From Phycisphaerae bacterium (GTDB lineage Bacteria > Planctomycetota > Phycisphaerae > Phycisphaerales > UBA1924): 64,000 bases of DNA. How positions within the stretch are numbered: the stretch's first letter is position 1; each line of letters begins with the position of its first letter. The DNA is taken from NCBI GenBank assembly GCA_030429705.1, contig JAUIES010000002.1, positions 1-64,000 of the forward strand, in the 5' to 3' direction. Below the pieces are notes generated by a model that saw nothing but the letters and a program-made list of their open reading frames with translations, searched no databases and was not told the DNA's origin. This document shows, in pieces, positions 57,128 to 64,000 of the stretch. The translations under genes were made by a program, and so were the position numbers.

Positions 57128-59002
57128 TCACCCGGAAACGCTGCGATTGGTCGCTACATGATAATGTGGGTCTTCACTGATGTTCACTTCGACGAGGTCG
57201 CCCGCGCGGTCGAGCAACCGGCGGCAATCTTCACTCAGGTGGCGCAAATGCAGCCGCTTGCCGACTTTCTGGTATCGCTCAGCGAGCGCGTTGATCGCTT
57301 CGAGCCCTGACTGGTCATATACGCGGCTGAAGTAAAAATCGATGACCACATCATCCGGATCACCCGCCGGATCAAACAGATCGCGGAACCGTGTCACGCT
57401 GCCAAAGAACAACCCGCCATGCAGTTGGTAGATCTTGCTGCCATGCTCGTTGAACTGCACATCTGCGATGAGGTGCTTGCTCTTTTTCCATGCGAACGAC
57501 AGTGCTGACAGTGCAACGCCGATCAGGACCGCGGTCGCGAGATCGTGCATGAATACGGTGTACGCTGCAACGACGATCATGACGAGGAAGTCAGGAATCG
57601 GAATTCGTCGCCAAGTCTCAAGCGTTGTCCATTCGAAGGTGCCGATGACAACCATGAACATCACACCGACGAGCGCCGCCATCGGGACCGCTTCAATGAG
57701 TGGCGACAAGAACAGGATGAACAACAAAAGTGCAATAGCCGCTGTGATGCCACTGAGTCTGCCGCGGCCGCCGGATTTCACATTGATGAGTGATTGTCCA
57801 ATCATCGCACATCCGCCCATGCCGCCAAAGATCCCGCAAGTGACATTCGCGACACCCTGACCGACACACTCGCGATTCCCCTTGCCGCGCGTTTCGGTCA
57901 GTTCATCGATCAGCGTGAGTGTCATGAGCGATTCGATCAATCCCACCCCCGCCAGGATCAGTGAGAACGGCAAGATGATGAGCAAGGTTTCCATTGAAAG
58001 CGGAGGGATGGTGTAGTCGAACCAAGCCGGGCGTGGCAAGCCGCCAGCGATCCCGACTTCTGCAAGGTCAACGCTGTCGATGGCATTCGCTGTATCCACG
58101 GGTGTCAATGTCGTGAGCGGGCCTTCAATCGCTGGGGTAGCGATCACGCCGGTGGGCAACCCGGCACGCGCATTCTCAAGATAGACATCGTCTTTGACCT
58201 TTTGAGCGGTCTGTACCGCAGCCGCCCGAGTGCTGTCGATGAGCATGTCGCGGACCGTCAAAACCGCTCCCGATTCGTGGCTCGATTCGACGATGGATGA
58301 CGAATCCTCTGTGTTTGTTTGTGACGGTGAAGTGCCGGTCCCGGCATTGATGGCGTAGGCAGCAATCGAGATCGTGACGATCGCCACGAGTGACGAGGGC
58401 ACCGCCTTGGTCAGCCGCGGCAGGAACGCAATAATTGCCATGGTCGCCGCGACCAGCCCAAGCATCGTCCAAAGCCGTGTCCCGGTGAGCCAGTGCATAA
58501 CGCCATCATCACCGAGCGTCTTGAAACTGCCGAACTGAGCCATCAAAATGACAAGTGCAAGTCCATTGACGAACCCTAACATGACCGGGTGGGGGACAAT
58601 ACGAATAAACTTGCCCAGCCGTAAGAGCCCGACAATGATCTGAAACACGCCGCATAGCACAACGGCAGGAAACAGATATCCGATGCCGTGGTCAGCGACC
58701 AACGAGACCACCACAACGCCCATCGCTCCCGTGGCGCCCGAGATCATGCCCGGCCGTCCGCCGAGGATCGATGTCAGCAGACACAGGATGAATGCCGCAT
58801 ACAGCCCGACCAAGGGTGGTACGCCCGCAAGAAAGGCAAAGGCGACGGCTTCAGGGACGAGCGCCAACGCCACAGTCAGCCCTGACAAAATCTCAGTCCG
58901 AGCCGACGCGCCCGGGCCGGTTCGCAGGTCAAACTCCTTCGGCGTGAGTCTCAGAAACTTGGGCAGTCGAATAGTTATTTCGGACATAGAAGTCTCAGTC
59001 AA
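57128..59002 (-). CDS. SulP-family anion transporter with C-terminal STAS domain
   Basis: Multiple TM helices. STAS-like C-terminus. Confidence 0.85.
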   Translation of the reverse strand: MTETSMSEITIRLPKFLRLTPKEFDLRTGPGASARTEILSGLTVALALVPEAVAFAFLAGVPPLVGLYAAFILCLLTSILGGRPGMISGATGAMGVVVVSLVADHGIGYLFPAVVLCGVFQIIVGLLRLGKFIRIVPHPVMLGFVNGLALVILMAQFGSFKTLGDDGVMHWLTGTRLWTMLGLVAATMAIIAFLPRLTKAVPSSLVAIVTISIAAYAINAGTGTSPSQTNTEDSSSIVESSHESGAVLTVRDMLIDSTRAAAVQTAQKVKDDVYLENARAGLPTGVIATPAIEGPLTTLTPVDTANAIDSVDLAEVGIAGGLPRPAWFDYTIPPLSMETLLIILPFSLILAGVGLIESLMTLTLIDELTETRGKGNRECVGQGVANVTCGIFGGMGGCAMIGQSLINVKSGGRGRLSGITAAIALLLFILFLSPLIEAVPMAALVGVMFMVVIGTFEWTTLETWRRIPIPDFLVMIVVAAYTVFMHDLATAVLIGVALSALSFAWKKSKHLIADVQFNEHGSKIYQLHGGLFFGSVTRFRDLFDPAGDPDDVVIDFYFSRVYDQSGLEAINALAERYQKVGKRLHLRHLSEDCRRLLDRAGDLVEVNISEDPHYHVATNRSVSG

Positions 59003-59164
59003 AACGAGGCTACAGGCTCGGCCCGGTTGAGTTGGGGCGTGGTTTGTCGAGAACGGTGAAGCGAATTCGGCGAATCAGACAGGTGGGGGGCAACAAGAGC
59101 CACATTCAGATCGCTCCAGGACCGAGGGCGATGATAGACGCTCAAGAACCAAAACGGTGCGAGA

Positions 59165-60748
59165 TCAAACCTTGTTCTTCATCCACCCGCCATGTACAAA
59201 CCGGGCGGCGAAAATCATGCCGCGAATCACCATTTCGCCGCACAAGCCGATCCAGATGCCGTTGAGACCCCATTCAATCGGGCTCGGATTCGGCAACAGC
59301 GTGATTACTTCGCCGCCCTCAGTTCGGAAGACAAGATCGGCCCCACATAACAAGAATGCCGCAGGCAAACGCAGGGCGTATGTCGCAAACCAGGTGAGAA
59401 TCATCACAAATCGAACATCGCCCGCGCCCCGCATGGCCGCGCGGAATGCAATCGCCACGGCAAACGGAACCTGCACAGCTCCGCAAATGCGGAGCAGGTC
59501 TGGCACTTGTTCCAGGTGCGAAGCCTGGTCCGATATGAGGCCCACGATCTGGCGAGGGATCAACATGAACGCCGCACCCATCAGCGCCATGATCGCGGCC
59601 GCCACAATGGTGCTGCGTATGACCGCCTTTCGAGCCAGCGTCTCACTCCCCGCGCCGAGATATTGACCCGCCAGCGTGGCTGCTGCCATCCCCATTGCAA
59701 ATCCGGGCAGGAAACTGAACGCTTCAACCCGAATGGCGACCACATGCACGCCGAGCAACTCCGCGTTGGTCCCGGAGGCAATCGATAGGCTGCCGACCAG
59801 GATGATGACGATGAAGTTCCCGATCCACATACCCAGCGTTTCGAGGAAGTTGGGTACACCTAGCCGAATCAGTCGGCGGATCGTGTGCCAGTGGGGGCGC
59901 AGCCGTTTTCTGCGAAGTCGGATGCCCCAGGTCCCGCTGATGGCCATTGAGAGGATAAGAAGTGACCCAGCGATATCGCCGCACACCGTGCCAAGGGCGA
60001 TCCCGGTCACACCCATGTTGAATGAGAACGGGTTGCTGAACCCATAGACATCAACGCCACTCAATACCCAACTCACGAGCAGGTTGACGACATTGCGAAG
60101 CATCATCGCCCAAAGGGGGCGGATGGAATCGCCCGCTCCACGAGCGCAGGCGATCAGAGTAAAAAGCATCGATGCGGCGGGCACGCCGCACGCAATCACA
60201 AAGATGTAGTCGTCAAATGCGGCTGCAGCTTCGGTGGACAGACTCAGAAGACTCGCAACCGGACCGGCTGCAGCTGCGATAAACAGACCTGTCAGAATTC
60301 CTGAGATCCAACTCAACAAGACAGTCTGACCAAGGACCGCGTCTGCGACGGCTTGTCTGCCCTTGCCGATGCTTCGCGCGATCAGAGCGGTCGCGCCGAC
60401 ACCGAGCGCCATGATGATGAGCCCGATGAACCACATGATGTAACTGGCGGCGCCGATGGCGGTTGTCTCGGCTTCACCAATCTGGGCTGCAAGAGCGGTG
60501 TCCGTTAACCCAACAAAGGAGTTGAGGAACGACTCGACCATCACGGGCCATGACAGGACCCAGATGGCCGCGTTCAGCGATAGGCCCGCGAGGCGACCCG
60601 TTGCCAGCGTGCCATCCGGGGCCAGTTTGCACTTCTGCACACGCACACGACGCGAACCGACCCCCGCCTCTTCTGAAGGATCCATTGTTTCAGGATCAAG
60701 CGGCGGCCGAAGTGCCGCCTTTCGGCGATGTTCATGGTCTTTGGTCAT
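59165..60748 (-). CDS. MATE-family efflux transporter
   Basis: 12-TM MATE pattern. N-terminal extension uncertain. Confidence 0.75.
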   Translation of the reverse strand: MTKDHEHRRKAALRPPLDPETMDPSEEAGVGSRRVRVQKCKLAPDGTLATGRLAGLSLNAAIWVLSWPVMVESFLNSFVGLTDTALAAQIGEAETTAIGAASYIMWFIGLIIMALGVGATALIARSIGKGRQAVADAVLGQTVLLSWISGILTGLFIAAAAGPVASLLSLSTEAAAAFDDYIFVIACGVPAASMLFTLIACARGAGDSIRPLWAMMLRNVVNLLVSWVLSGVDVYGFSNPFSFNMGVTGIALGTVCGDIAGSLLILSMAISGTWGIRLRRKRLRPHWHTIRRLIRLGVPNFLETLGMWIGNFIVIILVGSLSIASGTNAELLGVHVVAIRVEAFSFLPGFAMGMAAATLAGQYLGAGSETLARKAVIRSTIVAAAIMALMGAAFMLIPRQIVGLISDQASHLEQVPDLLRICGAVQVPFAVAIAFRAAMRGAGDVRFVMILTWFATYALRLPAAFLLCGADLVFRTEGGEVITLLPNPSPIEWGLNGIWIGLCGEMVIRGMIFAARFVHGGWMKNKV

Positions 60749-60844
60749 GGTGACGGGCTACACGCCGCGATAGAAGGGGGCCTTGCAACGAATGACAAAC
60801 TGCGCGATGCATCCGGGTCACTTCGCGACGAAGGGAGGATAGAC

Positions 60845-61594
60845 ATGAAAAATGTCGAGAAACTGTGTATCTACTGCGGGAATGACTGTGTGGGCCACAA
60901 GCGAATGCGTGATCGGCGCGGGCGGTACGCCCACCAGTCCTGCCTTGAACAGCACCGGCAAGCCGTGAAACAACGATCTCTGGTCATTGCCGGGGGAGAA
61001 TCAGCGACAGACTTCAATTCAACGCACGAACAGGGCTTCTCAATCGACGATTTTGTCGGCAAAGTTGAAGTCCCGGCGGCAATCCCCTGCCCTGACTGCG
61101 GCCAGCCGCGAGAGGCACACGCTGTCGTGTGTCTGAAATGCGGTTACAACCAATCTTCGGGTCGCACAATCACGACGAAGACGAAGGACGAAAAAATTCG
61201 CCGCGTGAAATCGCGCGGTGACATGGGTGGCCGCGTTCATTCAACTGTGTCAGTTTTCGTCGGTTGGTTGCTCGCACTCGCCGGGTTAGCCGCATTGTTC
61301 GGTTTGCCAGCGATCGCATGGCACGACCCTCAACTCGCCAGACCGATATTCATGTTCGCTGCCGGGTGGTACGCCGTTTCGTATATCAGCATGATCGTGT
61401 TCGCCGTCCTCGATGGTGAGTCCGGCTGGGGACTCATGGGCATCGGCGCAGTCATACCAATCATTGGCGGTATCTGCTGTCTGTATTTTACTTGGGGCTA
61501 TTGCTTCAACGAGTCCAGTCGGCAGAACTGGAAACTCAACTACTGGTTTGCATTCGGCACCGCGCTCATCATGTCAATTGTGATCTGGTTCTGA
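60845..61594 (+). CDS. zinc-ribbon (double CxxC) membrane protein
   Basis: CIYCGNDC...HQSC and CPDCG...CLKCG, followed by 4 TM helices. Confidence 0.55.
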   Translation: MKNVEKLCIYCGNDCVGHKRMRDRRGRYAHQSCLEQHRQAVKQRSLVIAGGESATDFNSTHEQGFSIDDFVGKVEVPAAIPCPDCGQPREAHAVVCLKCGYNQSSGRTITTKTKDEKIRRVKSRGDMGGRVHSTVSVFVGWLLALAGLAALFGLPAIAWHDPQLARPIFMFAAGWYAVSYISMIVFAVLDGESGWGLMGIGAVIPIIGGICCLYFTWGYCFNESSRQNWKLNYWFAFGTALIMSIVIWF

Positions 61595-61636
61595 AAGTCG
61601 AAAGACACAACTTGGCTTGGCACGCATAATGCTTTC

Positions 61637-62824
61637 TCAACCCAGCAACTGGTCAAGCAACTCGGGAATGCCCTTGCCGTGCGTCGCCACCGTTTCATGG
61701 ATGGGCCGTTTGCCAGCGATGTCACGGAGATCGCGGACTAGTTCGTTCTCGCCGGGTCGGTCTGCCTTATTGCACACAAACAAATCGGCGATCTCAAGAA
61801 TCCCCGCCTTGTCCATCTGTACAGCATCACCCATGCCCGGAGTCAAAACGACGGCCGTCTGGTCCACATGATCGCGGATACGCGTCTCGTTCTGCCCCGC
61901 TCCGACAGTCTCGACGAACAGCGTTTGATATGCCTCCCCGCCCTGCACGGCTCCACCGATCAGTTCGATGATGTCGTTGAGCGCGGTGTAATCTTCGCCG
62001 CTGATCGCGAGGCTGCGATAAAACACCCGCTCACCGAGATTGTTGAAGTCAACACGCAACCGGTCGCCGAGGACTGCACCGTGCGTGATCGGGCTTCGCG
62101 GGTCAAACGCGACGACCGCACACCGGCCGAGCGACGCATCATCTTCCGCCCGTCGTGAATACTCACTCGCGAGTTGTGCCACCAGCGTTGATTTTCCTGC
62201 ACCGGGTGAACCCGTGATCCCGATGACGCGTGCCGGTCGGGCGTGCGGCGCATCGCCGATCGGTTCGCCGTCATGCACCAGCGAAATCGAGCGAGCAAGT
62301 TGAGCAATCGGGTTGGCGTTGTCCGTCGCGACCGATTGTGCCCGTTGTTTCACCGCAGAACGAACCGCTTCGACGATGTCGAGCAATCCCGTGCCGGTTG
62401 TGAAACACTTTGCGACCCCCGCCTCCATCAACTTGGGCAGATCTTCCTGCGGCAGAATGCCACCCATGTACACAGGGATATCCGGACGGCCGACATCCTT
62501 GAGTGACGACAACAGCCGAGGACCAAGCGACAAGTGCGAGTTGGACATCATGCTCGCAGCGACCACATCGCAGTCTTCATCGCGTGCGCTGATCGCGAGC
62601 GATAATGGCGTTTGCCAAAGCCCGGAATAAATCACATGCACACCCGAATCGCGTAGTGCACGGGCGATGACCTTGACACCTCGGTCGTGTCCATCGAGCC
62701 CCATCTTGCCCAGCAAAACACGCGGGCGATGAGGCAGGTCCGAGCACCGATCCAGTTTTTCAAACTCGCTCGTCGCAACAGTGGCGTGAGCATGATCGGC
62801 GTGGGCAGAATCGTTGGCTGGCAT
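61637..62824 (-). CDS. fusion of a cobalamin (B12)-binding domain and a MeaB/ArgK-type GTPase
   Basis: B12 motif GLDGHDRG. MeaB motifs GITGSPGAGKST, DPRSPITHGAVLGDR, ETVGAGQNE, NKAD. Confidence 0.75.
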   Translation of the reverse strand: MPANDSAHADHAHATVATSEFEKLDRCSDLPHRPRVLLGKMGLDGHDRGVKVIARALRDSGVHVIYSGLWQTPLSLAISARDEDCDVVAASMMSNSHLSLGPRLLSSLKDVGRPDIPVYMGGILPQEDLPKLMEAGVAKCFTTGTGLLDIVEAVRSAVKQRAQSVATDNANPIAQLARSISLVHDGEPIGDAPHARPARVIGITGSPGAGKSTLVAQLASEYSRRAEDDASLGRCAVVAFDPRSPITHGAVLGDRLRVDFNNLGERVFYRSLAISGEDYTALNDIIELIGGAVQGGEAYQTLFVETVGAGQNETRIRDHVDQTAVVLTPGMGDAVQMDKAGILEIADLFVCNKADRPGENELVRDLRDIAGKRPIHETVATHGKGIPELLDQLLG

Positions 62825-62884
62825 CTGGTCGCTCCCTGTCCTGACGGCGACCCCACGATCGCGTATTACACAATAGGAGCCGCA

Positions 62885-63466
62885 TCAACCGTCGTCAGAA
62901 TTGCCCGCCTCACAAGCAGGAGGCGGGGTCACACCCAGTTCCTTCGCAATTTTGCCGATCATCTCCAGCCCTGACGCGTGCGAGGTCGTTCGGCTGCGCC
63001 GCATGATCGACCGCCAGAACCAGGGTAACGGCACAACACAGAGCGGGATGTACCAGATATAGGTGAACGCTTCAAAACCACCCCAGATGAACATCGGTTT
63101 CTGAGTCAAAGCGTAGTACCACGCAAACCAGAGTTTGAGCATCGAATCCGTCAGCCACACGCCCGGCCAAACAGTCAAGAGCAAAATGATCGCGTGGATC
63201 GTCGGCAACTTGCGGCGAAGTCGCAGCGAGAACGAGAGTCGAGTTTCATCACCCGTTGCCTTCTCGCCCATCGCGAGCAGATCATGATCAAAAGGCGTGC
63301 CCCACGCATCGACGATGAAGAGCCCGACATCCGGTTGCCCATTGAAGCCGGCCATGCGACCGCGTCGTGAAGCGACATCCAGTCGATCGATCACAGCGTC
63401 CGCATCCATCGGGACGGTCAGCGTCGGAAGGTCATCGCCAGCGTTGTTTTCAACAGAATCAGTCAT
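62885..63466 (-). CDS. hypothetical membrane protein
   Basis: 193 aa. 2-3 TM helices. No family recognised. Confidence 0.45.
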   Translation of the reverse strand: MTDSVENNAGDDLPTLTVPMDADAVIDRLDVASRRGRMAGFNGQPDVGLFIVDAWGTPFDHDLLAMGEKATGDETRLSFSLRLRRKLPTIHAIILLLTVWPGVWLTDSMLKLWFAWYYALTQKPMFIWGGFEAFTYIWYIPLCVVPLPWFWRSIMRRSRTTSHASGLEMIGKIAKELGVTPPPACEAGNSDDG

Positions 63467-63544
63467 GATCAGTTCTCGGGCCCAGAGTGTAGCGACTCGG
63501 GCAAGCGTTCCATCGGCACGCCATGTGCATCAAGTCAGTCACGC

Positions 63545-63994
63545 ATGATGGAACCCACTTCAAACACGCCGACACTGCGATTTGTTGACGCAATTTGTAG
63601 CCAGGATGCAACAGCGTTGACTGAACGCAACATCCAAAACGATGTCGCATGGTCCGATGCCCGATGGGTGTTTGCAGCCAGGGTGGCTGAATCTTTGGAG
63701 GGTTACTCGGCTGCCATCGTCACGCCCGAAAAGCGCGATCAACTTCTGCGTCTTGCAACGGTCCTCGGCCTGCGGCCGTTCGATGCCAACCTCATCATCG
63801 CGATCGTCCAGGACAGTGTTCGTTGCGGACTCGATCCCTTGAGTCAATCTACAGCCGATCGACTTCAGATGGTCGCGGCTCCGCAGCCGGCGAGCAAGTC
63901 GTTGCCAAGACAATCCAGATTGATGATCTGCGCGTGGGCAGTCATGCTCGGCCTTGCTGGTGCATTGGCACTCGTCCGGTTCTTTGGCGGCTGA
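63545..63994 (+). CDS. hypothetical protein with C-terminal TM helix
   Basis: 149 aa. Coding-like GC3. Confidence 0.4.
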   Translation: MMEPTSNTPTLRFVDAICSQDATALTERNIQNDVAWSDARWVFAARVAESLEGYSAAIVTPEKRDQLLRLATVLGLRPFDANLIIAIVQDSVRCGLDPLSQSTADRLQMVAAPQPASKSLPRQSRLMICAWAVMLGLAGALALVRFFGG

Positions 63995-64000
63995 TTCGAC

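Noticed and set aside
1-64000. CRISPR arrays, rRNA genes, toxin-antitoxin pairs
   Set aside because: No regularly spaced direct repeats with unique spacers, no rRNA-like conserved stretches, and no small adjacent toxin/antitoxin-like ORF pairs were seen.

Overview
High-GC (about 58-60%) chromosomal window whose gene content points to a PVC-superphylum, most likely Planctomycetota, bacterium. Supporting genes: a Pirellula/Verrucomicrobium-type heme-binding dehydrogenase, a tandem DUF1080 protein, PEP-CTERM-like sorting tails, a GC-type dockerin, a Ser/Thr kinase paired with an ECF sigma factor, and a CRTAC1/ASPIC protein. The left 4 kb is the right-hand part of an integrated element (sigma-like HTH protein, ParB-type HTH protein, large serine recombinase, DUF2924). 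The most notable locus spans 4.9-11.2 kb: rtcR, then divergently a near-consensus sigma-54 promoter, a small basic ORF, a tRNA-Ile(GAU) gene, an orphan T-arm hairpin, a slipin/SPFH gene, a degenerate tRNA-like element with CAU anticodon, and rtcB-rtcA. This parallels the Salmonella rsr-yrlBA-rtcBA RNA-repair operon, with a slipin where the Ro60 gene sits and two tRNA(-like) elements where the Y RNAs sit. The rest of the window holds tRNA-Asn and its terminator, prfB with the canonical +1 frameshift site, an ECF sigma/anti-sigma module, many secreted or cell-surface proteins, a roughly 4-kb lower-GC islet with two FGE-like paralogs, a 6 x 21-bp tandem repeat array, and several unusual fusions (phosphatase with a CxxCH domain; B12-binding domain with MeaB). 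No CRISPR array, rRNA or obvious toxin-antitoxin pair was seen.
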